DNA from: Candidatus Latescibacterota bacterium
GTDB lineage: Bacteria > Latescibacterota > UBA2968 > UBA8231
Assembly (NCBI GenBank): GCA_965217585.1
Contig: OZ244561.1
Coordinates: 2,368,001-2,432,000 of the forward strand
Direction: 5' to 3'
DNA: 64,000 nucleotides
Both the position numbers and the translations under genes were made by a program. Under the pieces are notes generated by a model. The model saw only the letters and a list, made by a program, of their open reading frames with translations. It was not told the origin of the DNA and searched no databases. This document shows, piece after piece, positions 15,687-26,439 of this stretch. How positions within the stretch are numbered: the first letter of the stretch is position 1; every line of letters starts with the position of its first letter.

Positions 15687-16658
15687 TTAGGCGCAAACGG
15701 CCGCGGCGGCGCTCCAGCGGTTGAAGGGGGTGTGCGCCTCTTGCGCCAGCCGGTCGCGGGTGTCGCGCCAGAGCTTTTCCCACGCCGCTGGATCGCGCAG
15801 GACGCTTTCTGGGTTCGCTCTACTGCGGGCGACAAAGCCGGGGAAAATATCGCGACCGGTGGTTTGGCCAACGGGATTGTAGCGCAGGTCGAAGCTCCAG
15901 CGCACGTCGTCGCTGTGGTTGGACAGCGAGCCGTGGATGGTGTGGCGGGTGAGGAAGAGCACGTCGCCGGGCTGCATCGGCACCGGCATAGCCGATTCCA
16001 TATCCATAAATTGCTCGGGGATGCGCAGGCCGCTGGGATGGCCGGGGCAGTGGGTGTGCAGGCCCGAGCGATGGCTTTGGGGCATAATCTGCAGACAGCC
16101 GTTTTCGAGCGTCGCCTCATTGAGCGGAAACCACACCGTCAACACCTTGGACGCATCGGCTTCGGGCAGGACCACGCCGCTATCCTGGTGCCAGTTGGTG
16201 GCGCTGACCAGCGCTTGGCCGTTGTGGTCTTTGGGCACTAGGCGCTCGGGCGGCTTGAGGCGCACGTGCTGGACGGGGTTGGACCAGATCTCGGGGCCGA
16301 CGATCGACTCGGCCACGTCGAGCAGAGTGGGGTCGGTAATGCAGCGAAAGACGGCCGGTCCGGCCCAGAAGGGGGTATTCGCTTCAATGCCCGTCTGGGG
16401 CAAGGAGAAGTCGAAGTACTGGGCGTGGATCTGGCCGCTCTCGACGACGATTTGGGTCAGGCGCTTGCCAAAGGGCAGGTCGTCGTACGTGGATGCGATC
16501 TGGCCGACTTGGTAGAGCTCACGAGCTAGGTTGTCGAGGACGCCGTGGTATTCGTCGATAATGGGCTGGATGACCTTGTCCACGTCGAGCATCCCCCTCA
16601 CTAGTAGGTAGCCTTCTTCGTCAAAGTGTGTGAGTTGTTCGTCCGTCAAGCATGGCAT
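15687..16658 (-). CDS. PhyH family dioxygenase
   Basis: LTDEQLTHFDEEGY, WHQD and PQSH motifs. GGAGG RBS before ATG 16658. Confidence 0.9.
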   Translation of the reverse strand: MPCLTDEQLTHFDEEGYLLVRGMLDVDKVIQPIIDEYHGVLDNLARELYQVGQIASTYDDLPFGKRLTQIVVESGQIHAQYFDFSLPQTGIEANTPFWAGPAVFRCITDPTLLDVAESIVGPEIWSNPVQHVRLKPPERLVPKDHNGQALVSATNWHQDSGVVLPEADASKVLTVWFPLNEATLENGCLQIMPQSHRSGLHTHCPGHPSGLRIPEQFMDMESAMPVPMQPGDVLFLTRHTIHGSLSNHSDDVRWSFDLRYNPVGQTTGRDIFPGFVARSRANPESVLRDPAAWEKLWRDTRDRLAQEAHTPFNRWSAAAAVCA

Positions 16659-16766
16659 ATGCTTTCCTCCGTGGGTTGAAGAATCCAATCTGCGCTTGAA
16701 TATAGCGCGATATGGTCCGTTTGCGAATAGTTGAAAGGAGGAGCGGCGCTCAATTGTCGCGTCGCA

Positions 16767-17699
16767 ATGGTTATGGAATTTCCCAAACTCGACGAAGCCC
16801 TGCGCTTGGAGCGCTTGACGCCGCCGACAGGCAAGGTGCGGATGGTGCTCGACACCGATACGTACAACGAGATCGACGATCAGTTTGCGGTGGTCCAGGC
16901 GCTGCTCTCGCCCGACCAGCTCGCGGTCGAGGCGATCTACGCGGCACCTTTCTACAACAGTCGTTCGTCCGGGCCGGGCGACGGGATGGAGAAAAGCTAC
17001 GCGGAAATCCTGCGGCTATTGGAGCGGTTGGATATTTCGCCGGAGGGCTTGGTGTTCCGGGGAGCGACGGATGTGCTGCGGGACGACGCGCCGCAGAAAA
17101 GCGCAGCGGTCGATGACCTGATCGCCAAATCCAAAACCGCCGCCGACCCGCTCTACGTGGTGGCGATCGGCGCGCTCACCAACGTGGCCTCGGCTATTCT
17201 GCAAGATCCTGCCATAATCGAGCGAATCGTCGTGGTCTGGCTCGGCGGCCACGCGCTCTACTGGCCGACCGCTAACGAATTCAATCTCCAAGGCGACCTC
17301 GTAGCATCGCAAGTAGTCTTCGACAGCGGTGTGCCCTTCGTACAGATTCCATGTCACCCGGTGGCCTCGCACCTGTTGACGACGCTGACGGAATTGGAGC
17401 GCTTCGTCAAGGGGCGGGGGGCGATTGGCGACTATCTGGTCGAGATCTTCGCCGCCTATTCCCCAAACCACTTCGCCGCTTCCAAGGTGATTTGGGACAT
17501 GTCGGCGGTCGCTTGGCTGCTCGACGCATCGTGGGTGCCGACCGACGTGGTACATAGCCCGGTATTGACCGATCAGAAGACTTGGAGCCACGATCCGTCG
17601 CGGCACTTTATGCGAGTGGCGCAGACGGTGCGGCGCGATGCGATCTTCGGGGATTTCTTCGAGAAATTGGAGAGGTGGGCGGGGAAGCTCGAAGCATAG
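16767..17699 (+). CDS. Inosine-uridine preferring nucleoside hydrolase family protein
   Basis: DTDTYNEIDD, IGALTNVA and NEFN motifs. Start is 16767 or 16773. Confidence 0.9.
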   Translation: MVMEFPKLDEALRLERLTPPTGKVRMVLDTDTYNEIDDQFAVVQALLSPDQLAVEAIYAAPFYNSRSSGPGDGMEKSYAEILRLLERLDISPEGLVFRGATDVLRDDAPQKSAAVDDLIAKSKTAADPLYVVAIGALTNVASAILQDPAIIERIVVVWLGGHALYWPTANEFNLQGDLVASQVVFDSGVPFVQIPCHPVASHLLTTLTELERFVKGRGAIGDYLVEIFAAYSPNHFAASKVIWDMSAVAWLLDASWVPTDVVHSPVLTDQKTWSHDPSRHFMRVAQTVRRDAIFGDFFEKLERWAGKLEA

Positions 17700-17752
17700 A
17701 AGGGCAATGGTCAATCATTGCGCCGGAGCTAGTCGATTAGTAGCATAAATCC

Positions 17753-20260
17753 ATGGCCACCGTCGTCCTCACCGAAAAGCCCAGTGTGGCGCGCGATATT
17801 GCCCGAGTCCTAGGGGCCAACAAACGCGGCCAAGGCTATGCCGAAGGCAACGGCTATATCGTCACCTGGGCACTAGGGCACCTCGTGCAATTCGCCGAAC
17901 CAGACGAGTACGGCCCGCCCTGGAACAGCCGCTGGTCCTTTGCCCAGCTACCGATGATCCCCGAGCAGTGGAAGCTCAAGACGACGCGCTCGACCTCCGA
18001 TCAGTACCAAATCGTCAAAAAGTTGCTCAACAGCCCGCAGACCGAGCGCGTCATCTGCGCTACGGACGCCGGGCGCGAGGGCGAGCACATCTTTCGCTTG
18101 ATCTACGAGCACGCCCGCTGCAAAAAACCGTTTGGCAGGCTGTGGGTTTCAAGCCTGACTGACGAGGCAATTCAGGGCGGCTTCCGCGCCTTGCAGGAAG
18201 GAGCGGCCTTCGATCATCTCGCTGCGGCCGCCCGGGCGCGCGGCCAAGCCGACTGGATAATGGGCATGAACCTGACCCGCGCCTACACCGTCCATAACAA
18301 GGTACTCTGCACCATCGGCCGAGTGCAGACGCCGACCCTGTCCTTGGTGGTCAAGCGCGATGCGGCAATTGCCAGCTTTGTAAAGGCGTACTTTTACGAG
18401 TTGGTGGCGCAGTTAGAAGAGGGCTTTGCCGCCAAGTACTGCAAGGATGGCCAGACGCGCATCGACAAGAAGGAGGAAGCCGAGCGCCTGCATCGCCAGC
18501 TCAGCCCCAACAAGGTCGGCACCGTCCGCAAAGTTGAGAAGAAAGTCAAAAAAAACCGGCCGCCTGCCCTCTACGACCTCAACAATCTCCAGCGCGACGC
18601 CAACCGCTATTTTGGCTTTACCGCGGCGCAAACCCTCGAACGCGCCCAAGCCCTGTACGAAACCCACAAGCTCATCACGTACCCGCGCACCGAGAGCCGC
18701 CACATCTCCGAGGACATGGTGCCCAAGCTACCCGGCATCCTAGAAAAGCTAGCGCACCCGCAGGCAGCGGCTGCACTGGCGCGGCTGCGCGGCGGGCACC
18801 GGCTCGGCAGGGCGTATGTCGATCGCACCAAACTCACCGATCACCACGCCATTATTCCCACCGGGCAACAGCCCGCCCCCAATCTCGCACCGGACCTACA
18901 GAAGGTGTACGACTTGGTGGTAGCGCGCTTCGTCGGCGTCTTCCTGCCCGACCAAGTGGTCGAGGAGACGACCGTCTTGCTCGACATCGGCGGTGCCGAC
19001 TTTGTGGCCAAAGGCTCTGTCGTCCTAGAGGCGGGCTGGACGGTGGTGGAACCTGCCCCCGCGAAAGCGGGGGTGCGGCCTCCGAACGCTGCAAAGGGCA
19101 AAGAGAAGGAAGAAGAAGACCAGCGACAGGTGCTCCCGCCGTTGCAACAAGGTCAGCAAGTTCACGTAACGAGCATGGATGTGGTCGAGAAGGAAACCCA
19201 GCCGCCTCGGCCGTACAACGACGCCACGCTCCTAGCGGCGATGAAGAACGCCGGCCGCGAAATCGAGGACGACGAACTAGCCGCGGCCATGAAGGAATCG
19301 GGGCTGGGCACGCCGGCCACGAGGGCCGAGACCATCGAAAAGCTGATTCGCACCGGCTATGTAGTCCGCGACCGCAAGGCGATCACCTCGACGGAGAAGG
19401 GCAAAGCACTGGTGGGTTTGGTGGCCGAACCGCTGCGTAGCCCGGAGTTGACGGCCGAATGGGAGCAGCAGCTCAAGGAAGTCGAAGAAGGGCAGCGGCC
19501 GGTGGCAGGGTTCTACGAAGGGATCGCCGATCTGGTGAGAACGCTGGTCCCCAAGGTCCAGCAAGGACCGGCGCTCTCGCCCGAGCAGGCGGCGCAGGCA
19601 CAAGGCAATAAGAGGAGCAGCGGTAAAGGCAGCGGCAAAGTGTTGGGGCCTTGTCCCAAGTGCAAAGAGGGGCAAGTAGTAGAAAACGCCAAGGCGTACG
19701 GATGCAGCCGCTACCGGGAGGGCTGCAACTTTACTATCTGGAAGACGGTGGCGCGCAAGAAGCTGACCGAAAAGCAGGTGCAGTTGTTGATGGCCAACGG
19801 CCGCACCGAAAAGATGCAGGGCTTTATCTCCAAGGCCGGCAAGAAGTTTGCGGCGCGGCTCAAATTCGACGATGAGTTCAAGGTCGTCTTCGAGTTTGAT
19901 GATCGGCCGCAGAATGACTCCGCTAGGTCGGAGCGACGCGAGGAGCCGCCAGCGGAGTCTACCCGATCCACCGCCGACCCATCGGCTGCCCTCACCTGCC
20001 CCAAGTGTCGTCAGGGACAAATAATCGAGGGGCAGCGCGGCTTTGGTTGCAATCGCTACCGCCAAGGGTGCGACTTCGTGGTGTGGAAGGAAATGGCGGG
20101 CAAGAAGCTAACGGAACGGCAGATACAGACCTTGATCGCCAAAGGTAAAACCGGAGTGATCAAAGGCTTCAAGAGCAAAAAGGGCAGCAAATTTGACGCG
20201 CGGTTGAAGCTCGGGCCGGAGTGCAAGGCTGCGTTTGATTTTCCCGCCGGAGCGCGCTGA
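17753..20260 (+). CDS. topB: DNA topoisomerase III with two C-terminal Zn-ribbon/C-terminal repeats
   Basis: EKPSVA, ATDAGREGE, GRVQTPT, ITYPRTES and GLGTPATRA. Repeated CPKC...YGCSRY...FTIWK units. Confidence 0.93.
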   Translation: MATVVLTEKPSVARDIARVLGANKRGQGYAEGNGYIVTWALGHLVQFAEPDEYGPPWNSRWSFAQLPMIPEQWKLKTTRSTSDQYQIVKKLLNSPQTERVICATDAGREGEHIFRLIYEHARCKKPFGRLWVSSLTDEAIQGGFRALQEGAAFDHLAAAARARGQADWIMGMNLTRAYTVHNKVLCTIGRVQTPTLSLVVKRDAAIASFVKAYFYELVAQLEEGFAAKYCKDGQTRIDKKEEAERLHRQLSPNKVGTVRKVEKKVKKNRPPALYDLNNLQRDANRYFGFTAAQTLERAQALYETHKLITYPRTESRHISEDMVPKLPGILEKLAHPQAAAALARLRGGHRLGRAYVDRTKLTDHHAIIPTGQQPAPNLAPDLQKVYDLVVARFVGVFLPDQVVEETTVLLDIGGADFVAKGSVVLEAGWTVVEPAPAKAGVRPPNAAKGKEKEEEDQRQVLPPLQQGQQVHVTSMDVVEKETQPPRPYNDATLLAAMKNAGREIEDDELAAAMKESGLGTPATRAETIEKLIRTGYVVRDRKAITSTEKGKALVGLVAEPLRSPELTAEWEQQLKEVEEGQRPVAGFYEGIADLVRTLVPKVQQGPALSPEQAAQAQGNKRSSGKGSGKVLGPCPKCKEGQVVENAKAYGCSRYREGCNFTIWKTVARKKLTEKQVQLLMANGRTEKMQGFISKAGKKFAARLKFDDEFKVVFEFDDRPQNDSARSERREEPPAESTRSTADPSAALTCPKCRQGQIIEGQRGFGCNRYRQGCDFVVWKEMAGKKLTERQIQTLIAKGKTGVIKGFKSKKGSKFDARLKLGPECKAAFDFPAGAR

Positions 20261-20261
20261 T

Positions 20262-20840
20262 ATGGCTCTCCAACGCTGCCCGTGGCTGGACCTCGACAAA
20301 CCCGATTACGTCGCGTATCACGACCGCGAGTGGGGAGTCCCGGTCCACGACGACCGCAAACACTTCGAGTTTCTCACCCTCGAATCCGCCCAAGCCGGTC
20401 TTAGCTGGTACACCGTCCTCCGCAAGCGCGCCAACTACCGCAAAGCCTTCGCCGAATTCGATCCTGCTAAGGTCGCTCGCTTCAGCGCGGCCAAGGTCGA
20501 ACAGATGCTCCAAGACCCCGGGCTGATTCGCAATCGCCGCAAGATCGGCGCGGCCGTGGAAAACGCGCGGCACTTCCTCGCCGTGCAGGACGAATTCGGC
20601 AGCTTCGACGCCTATATTTGGCGCTTTGTCGATGGCAGACCCATCGTCAACGAGTGGCGCACCCTCGCCGATTTACCAGCCACCAGCCGCGAATCCGACG
20701 CTTTGAGCAAAGACCTCAAAAGCCGCGGCTTCAAATTCATCGGCTCGATCGTCATCTACTCCCACATGCAGGCCACCGGCCTGGTCAACGACCATGTACT
20801 CGACTGCTTCCGCCGCAGCCAGATCCTCAGCGCGGGATAG
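20262..20840 (+). CDS. tag: DNA-3-methyladenine glycosylase I
   Basis: RCPW, YHDREWG, LESAQAGLSW and NDHVLDC motifs. Confidence 0.95.
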   Translation: MALQRCPWLDLDKPDYVAYHDREWGVPVHDDRKHFEFLTLESAQAGLSWYTVLRKRANYRKAFAEFDPAKVARFSAAKVEQMLQDPGLIRNRRKIGAAVENARHFLAVQDEFGSFDAYIWRFVDGRPIVNEWRTLADLPATSRESDALSKDLKSRGFKFIGSIVIYSHMQATGLVNDHVLDCFRRSQILSAG

Positions 20841-20868
20841 GCACCCGCCACTCCACAGGAGAACGCCC

Positions 20869-21666
20869 ATGCTCAGCACCGAACAATACCAGCACTTTCA
20901 GACCTTTGGCTTCGTCATCCTGCGCCAATTCTTCACCGCCGACGAGGTGGCCACCTTGAGCGCAGAGTTTGAAACGGGCCTCGACCTCGCTTATGGACAC
21001 CGCCCCTTCGACGGCTCTGAGCGCCATTGGGTGCCGCAAATGGGGCCGAGCACGCCCTTGTACGCCAGCTTGCTAGAGGACGAGCGTTTCTGGTCGATTA
21101 CCGCGCAGCTCTACGGCGAGGATGCCTTTGCCGTGGGCGTGGATGCCAACCGCTACGTCGGCGACACCCGCTGGCACCCCGACCACCGCGTCGATCCCAC
21201 CCAAGACTGCTACGGAATCAAGTTTGCCTTCTATCTCGATCCGGTCGGCCCAGATACAGGTGCCCTGCGCCTCGTGCCCGGCTCGCACAAAAACCCGCTG
21301 CACGACGACTTGCGGGCATATATTCAGGACCAGAGCATGGAACTGGCGGACACCCCCTCGTACACCTGTTCCTCCGAGCCGGGCGACGTCGTCGCCTTTG
21401 ACGTGCGCTGCTGGCACTCCAGCTTCGGTGGGCAACAGGGACGCCGCATGAGCACCTGCGTGTACTACAAAAACCCCGAGACCCCAGAGCAAGAACAAGC
21501 GGCCCGGCAACGCGCCCAAAGCAGCCACCAAGCACCCGCGCAATACCACCGCCCCGGCGACCCGCTCATCCACCCCCATTGGATCGCCAATCACTCGGCC
21601 AGCCCCTTGCGCCAACGCTGGATCGAACGGTTAGACGATCTCGGATTCCTGCATCCGGCGGCCTGA
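20869..21666 (+). CDS. PhyH family dioxygenase
   Basis: FQTFGF, WHPD, VPGSH and CWH motifs. AGGAG RBS. Confidence 0.88.
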   Translation: MLSTEQYQHFQTFGFVILRQFFTADEVATLSAEFETGLDLAYGHRPFDGSERHWVPQMGPSTPLYASLLEDERFWSITAQLYGEDAFAVGVDANRYVGDTRWHPDHRVDPTQDCYGIKFAFYLDPVGPDTGALRLVPGSHKNPLHDDLRAYIQDQSMELADTPSYTCSSEPGDVVAFDVRCWHSSFGGQQGRRMSTCVYYKNPETPEQEQAARQRAQSSHQAPAQYHRPGDPLIHPHWIANHSASPLRQRWIERLDDLGFLHPAA

Positions 21667-21737
21667 AAAATTGCCAGACTAGCGCCGCTTGCGTACCGTT
21701 TCCGACCCGGCCCTTTCACCCCACCAAGGAGTCTCTC

Positions 21738-22736
21738 ATGCACGTCGGCACCCAGCAGTTCAATACATCGGACGAAGACCTCGAATATCTGGCCCGCCAC
21801 GGGGTCTTCAACAAGAACGAAAACTTCATCGCGTTCCACCGCGAATACGGTTGGGACGTCGAAGAGTTGGTCGCCAAGAAGGAGAAGTGCGCTCGCTTTG
21901 GCATCAATCTGGAAATGGTCGCCCTGCCCATGGCCCAGTTCAACATCAACGGCGATAGCGTGCCCAACTTTATGATGGGCAACTACGAAGAGGGCGACAA
22001 AGAGATCGAGCTGGTCATCAACATGGTTCGGCAGGCGGCCGAAGCCGGCATCCCAGCCATTAAATACTATCTCTGCGCCCTCGAAAACCAGCGCACCGAA
22101 AGCACGCCCCCCGGTCGCGGTGGCTCCATGTACAGCACTTGGGACCTCGAAAAGGCCGACGCCGATACGCCGCGCTACGACCAACCGGTCACCGCAGAGG
22201 AAAACTGGCGTCGCATCACCTACTTCTTGGAGCGGGTCATCCCCGTCGCTGCTGAGTGCAAGGTCCGCATGGCCTGCCATCCCTGCGACCCGTGGCTGCC
22301 GCCCGGCTATAAGGGCGTCGATCGCGTGATGGGCGGCTTTGACGGCTTCAAGCAGTTTATCGAGATCTGCCCCAGCCCCTACCACGGCGTCAATCTCTGC
22401 TTGGGCTGCATGGCCGAGAGCGTCGAAGATCCGCTCAACGAGGTGCCCGACATCATCCGCTACTTAGGCTCGCGCGACAAAATTTTCCTCTGCCACTTCC
22501 GCAACATCGTCGGCAAGCGCAACAAGTTCCAAGAGGTCTGGCCCGATGAGGGGGTGATGAACATGCACCGCAACATGCAAGCTCTCAAAGAAGTGGGCTA
22601 CCAGCACATGTGCGTCCCGGATCACGCGCCCGGGCACAAAGATCCCCACAGCTCGCGCCAGGCTTGGGCCTATGAGTTCGGCTATATACAGGCCATGATC
22701 CAGGCGGTGATGGACGAGAATGGAGCGAGCGCGTGA
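21738..22736 (+). CDS. uxuA: Mannonate dehydratase (UxuA)-like protein
   Basis: YFLERVIPVA, HPCDP, HFRN and PDH motifs. AAGGAG RBS. Confidence 0.8.
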   Translation: MHVGTQQFNTSDEDLEYLARHGVFNKNENFIAFHREYGWDVEELVAKKEKCARFGINLEMVALPMAQFNINGDSVPNFMMGNYEEGDKEIELVINMVRQAAEAGIPAIKYYLCALENQRTESTPPGRGGSMYSTWDLEKADADTPRYDQPVTAEENWRRITYFLERVIPVAAECKVRMACHPCDPWLPPGYKGVDRVMGGFDGFKQFIEICPSPYHGVNLCLGCMAESVEDPLNEVPDIIRYLGSRDKIFLCHFRNIVGKRNKFQEVWPDEGVMNMHRNMQALKEVGYQHMCVPDHAPGHKDPHSSRQAWAYEFGYIQAMIQAVMDENGASA

Positions 22737-22752
22737 CCATATTTTCGGCGTG

Positions 22753-22792
22753 GCGTTCGGCAAGGGGCCACTGGCGGCCTCTTGCCGAACGC
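22753..22792. terminator. Long intergenic hairpin
   Basis: GCGTTCGGCAAGGGGCC / GGCCTCTTGCCGAACGC, a 17-bp stem with one G-U pair. Confidence 0.55.
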
Positions 22793-22803
22793 GCTAGACG
22801 CCC

Positions 22804-23622
22804 ATGAGCACCGCCCATCCACTGCGCGACATCGAGCGCATCGACGGGCCGCCCGGTCCGTATCTCAAATCAATCGGCACCATCTTCGCCACCTTCGGTG
22901 CGCCTGCCCAAGACTCGGGCAATGTCTCCTATGGCGTGCAGGTTGGCGGCGAGCGCTTCTTCGTCAAAACCACCGATCCCGAGGCCGAGGTCTTCGGCGA
23001 CCACGCGACCCGCGTGGCACTCTTGTACAATGCGGCTCGGCTCAGGCGCAGCTGCGATCATCCGACCTTGCCAGCGCTGCATCGCATCTTCGAAACTGCG
23101 CACGGCCCGGCACTCGTGTACGACTGGGTTGACGGCGAGTGCTTATACGGTGGACGCGACGATCCGCAATCGGCGCATCAGCGATTTCGCCACCTGCCCG
23201 CCGACGCCATGCTCGCCGTGCTCGACGCGATCTACGATTTGCACGTCCAGCTCGTCCAGCGCGGGTGGATTGCCGTGGATTTCTACGATGGCTGTCTGAT
23301 GTACGACTTCGAGCGCCAAGCCGCGCACATCGTGGATCTCGATAACTATCACTTGGGGGCGTTCACCAACCAGATGGGGCGGATGTTTGGCTCGACGCGC
23401 TTTATGGCTCCAGAGGAATTCGAGCGCGGCGCGCTAATCGACGAGCGCACAACCGTCTTTACTATGGGCCGCACCGCAGTCGCATTCCTCGGCGACGACA
23501 TCGGCGGTACGATGGGGGAGGTCGTGCGGCGCGCCTGTCGCCAAAAGCGCGAGGCGCGCTACCGTTCTATGGAGGAGTTTTACGCTGCTTGGCAGCAGGC
23601 GAGGCGGCTAGGGCACGGCTGA
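22804..23622 (+). CDS. Ser/Thr protein kinase-like protein
   Basis: FFVK lysine, GSTRFMAPEE and TTVFTMG. The catalytic loop is atypical (AVDFYDG). Confidence 0.75.
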   Translation: MSTAHPLRDIERIDGPPGPYLKSIGTIFATFGAPAQDSGNVSYGVQVGGERFFVKTTDPEAEVFGDHATRVALLYNAARLRRSCDHPTLPALHRIFETAHGPALVYDWVDGECLYGGRDDPQSAHQRFRHLPADAMLAVLDAIYDLHVQLVQRGWIAVDFYDGCLMYDFERQAAHIVDLDNYHLGAFTNQMGRMFGSTRFMAPEEFERGALIDERTTVFTMGRTAVAFLGDDIGGTMGEVVRRACRQKREARYRSMEEFYAAWQQARRLGHG

Positions 23623-23767
23623 TAGGTTCTGCCCGTTGTATCCTTTAGGTGCCAACGCCGTAGCGCCTAGCTCCCATTCTGAATTTTAACAGCCCTACCG
23701 GCCTCAGAGCCACCTCCGCTGGCACGGTTCTTGTTTCCTGTTACCTGTCTCAACGGAAAGGAACCGC

Positions 23768-25294
23768 ATGCCTTCCACCGTCCTCTCGGCCGCCACGCTC
23801 GGGATTGACGCGTACCCGGTCCACGTCGAAGTCGATACCGACCGCAGCTTGCCGACCTTCACGGTCGTCGGCCTGCCCGACTCCGCAGTCCGCGAAAGCA
23901 AGGAGCGCGTCTTAGCGGCCATCAAAAACGCTGGCTATCAGTGGCCGCGCCGCAAGATCACCATCAATCTCGCACCGGCCGACCGCAAGAAGGAAGGCTC
24001 GGCTTTCGACCTGCCCATAGCCGTCGGCGTCTTGGCGGCCTCCCGGCAGATCAAGCCCGTGTGTCTCGCCGAGTTCGCGCTCTTGGGCGAGCTGTCGCTC
24101 AACGGCAGCGTGCGCCCGGTACACGGCATGCTTCCCATGGCCACGTCCCTGCACCAGCAGGGTCTCTACGGCATGATCGTACCGACGCAAAACGCCCGCG
24201 AGGCCGCTATTGCCAATGGGCCGCTCATCTATGGCGTTAGTTCACTAAACGAAGCCCTAGCCATTTTGACCGGCGACGCGCGCCAACGGCCCTACGAATT
24301 GAACCTGGAGGAGGTATTTAGCAGTAACGCCAACTACGGGATTGACTTTGCGGAGGTGCGCGGCCAAGATCACGCCAAGCGCGCCCTCGAAGTCGCCGCC
24401 AGCGGGGGGCACAACTTGCTCATGGTCGGGCCGCCTGGGTCGGGCAAAACTATGCTCGCCCGCCGCCTGCCCACGATCCTCCCGGCACCGACCCTGCGAG
24501 AGGCGCTCGACACCACCAAAATCCATTCGGTCGCCGGCATCCTTGCCCCAGGCCAAGCCCTAGTCGCCACCCGGCCCTTCCGCGCTCCGCACCACACCAT
24601 TTCGGACGCTGGCCTCATCGGCGGCGGTGCGTACCCTCGCCCGGGCGAAGTGTCGCTCTCCCACCACGGCGTGCTCTTCCTAGACGAGCTGCCCGAATTT
24701 CGCCGCAACGTCGTCGAAGCCCTGCGCCAGCCGCTCGAAGACCACACCGTCACCATCACGCGGGCGCAGATCTCGCTCGCCTATCCAGCGGATTTTACCC
24801 TCGTCGCGGCGATGAATCCCTGCCCTTGCGGCTACCTTGCGGACGCCCGCCACACCTGCACCTGCTCTCCGGCCGCAATCCGCCGCTATCGCGCGCGCGT
24901 TTCCGGGCCGCTCCTCGACCGCATCGACATCCACATCGAAGTGCCAGCCCTCGCCTACGACGACTTGGCCAACAAGCAAAGCGGGGAAAGCTCAGCGCAA
25001 ATCCTCCAGCGCGTCAACGCCGCTCGCCAGCGGCAACTCGACCGCTTTGCCGGCGAGCTATTCTGCAACGCCCATATGAGCACGCGGCACACCCGCCGCC
25101 ACTGCGCGCTCGACGACGCCGGGCAAGCCCTGCTCGAAAAAGCCATGGCCCGCCTCGGCCTCTCGGCCCGGGCCTACGACCGCATCCTCAAAGTCGCCCG
25201 CACCATAGCCGACTTGGCCGACGCCCCGATTCAGTCGCAGCATCTAGCAGAGGCCATACAATATCGGGCACTTGATCGCAGCGGCCTTCTGTAG
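23768..25294 (+). CDS. comM: YifB/ComM Mg-chelatase-like AAA+ ATPase
   Basis: VGLPDSAVRES, GPPGSGKT, LFLDELPEF, MNPCPCG and LDRIDI motifs. Confidence 0.95.
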   Translation: MPSTVLSAATLGIDAYPVHVEVDTDRSLPTFTVVGLPDSAVRESKERVLAAIKNAGYQWPRRKITINLAPADRKKEGSAFDLPIAVGVLAASRQIKPVCLAEFALLGELSLNGSVRPVHGMLPMATSLHQQGLYGMIVPTQNAREAAIANGPLIYGVSSLNEALAILTGDARQRPYELNLEEVFSSNANYGIDFAEVRGQDHAKRALEVAASGGHNLLMVGPPGSGKTMLARRLPTILPAPTLREALDTTKIHSVAGILAPGQALVATRPFRAPHHTISDAGLIGGGAYPRPGEVSLSHHGVLFLDELPEFRRNVVEALRQPLEDHTVTITRAQISLAYPADFTLVAAMNPCPCGYLADARHTCTCSPAAIRRYRARVSGPLLDRIDIHIEVPALAYDDLANKQSGESSAQILQRVNAARQRQLDRFAGELFCNAHMSTRHTRRHCALDDAGQALLEKAMARLGLSARAYDRILKVARTIADLADAPIQSQHLAEAIQYRALDRSGLL

Positions 25295-25398
25295 CTTAGG
25301 AACGCGGGCGGCCAGAGGGCCGGCAACGTAGCGCATTAAGTTCCCGCGCTTCATATTCCTATGTAGATAGCCGTCCCCACCACTAAAAGGAAAAGACC

Positions 25399-26328
25399 AT
25401 GGCCTCTAGTCCCGACCCGCGAATTCCCTGGTACACCCCCGCCGGTGCGGTAACCGTAGAAAAGCACACCCCCGGCAAACCCCACCAAGGCAAGGTGCTA
25501 GCCGCCGTCCAAGCCCATGCCGACGATATTCCCCTCTTCTGCTCCGGCCTCGTCGCCAAGCTCATCGCCGAAGGCTACACCGCCTATTTGATCCAGACCA
25601 CCAACGACGAGAAGTGCGGACCGGGGACGATGGGCGAGACCATTCTCCAAAACGAGCGCGAAGTCGAAGTGCTAGCCGGGGAGTTGGGCTTCAAACAGGT
25701 CATCCACCTCGGCTACCGCAATCACTTCCTCGACGAAGCCGCCCCCACCGAGCTGAGGGCCCGGCTGGTCTTTCTAATCCGCGCTCTCAAAATCGACACC
25801 ATCACCACTTTCAGTCCTTGGGGTCACTGGGAAGAAAATCCCGATCACTATATCACCGGCCAAGCCGTCGAAGCCGCTCGCTGGATGGCTGGCATGGGCA
25901 AGGATTACCCCGAGCAGTTGGCCTGTGGGATGCAGCCGCACTCGGTTGGGGATCTCTACTATTGGGCGATGCGCCCCGGGCAACCCTACAACTCCGTCGT
26001 CGATATAGCGCCTCATCTCGACGCAAAGGTCGCCGCCATGAGTGCCAACAAGGCCCAAGGGCCAGCGGGTGCCCACGGCCGCCGTCTCAAGGAACGGCTG
26101 GCACGTCAAGGCAAGTACCTGCCCGCCTTGGGCGACGACGATGAAGAGGCCGACCGCCAGTACATCCGCCTCTTTGGCTTGCAAGAATACCAACGCCTCG
26201 GCGAGCCCTATGGCTTGGACTACGCCGAGGCGTTCTACTATATGCCGCCCGGCGGAACCTTTACCGGCGCGATGAGCGCAGCGGAGATCGAGCGCTACAT
26301 CGCAGACCACGCCGAGGATTTGGGCTGA
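25399..26328 (+). CDS. PIG-L/LmbE family deacetylase
   Basis: AHADD and NPDH motifs. Confidence 0.85.
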   Translation: MASSPDPRIPWYTPAGAVTVEKHTPGKPHQGKVLAAVQAHADDIPLFCSGLVAKLIAEGYTAYLIQTTNDEKCGPGTMGETILQNEREVEVLAGELGFKQVIHLGYRNHFLDEAAPTELRARLVFLIRALKIDTITTFSPWGHWEENPDHYITGQAVEAARWMAGMGKDYPEQLACGMQPHSVGDLYYWAMRPGQPYNSVVDIAPHLDAKVAAMSANKAQGPAGAHGRRLKERLARQGKYLPALGDDDEEADRQYIRLFGLQEYQRLGEPYGLDYAEAFYYMPPGGTFTGAMSAAEIERYIADHAEDLG

Positions 26329-26439
26329 GAAGTGTGGGAGCGCGCTGTTGCGGAATGGAGACTGGAAGACGCCGAGCCGTTTACAGCTTGGTAGTCGTTT
26401 CTTTAATTTGCCCGCACAACTGATTGGGGAGAAACCGCG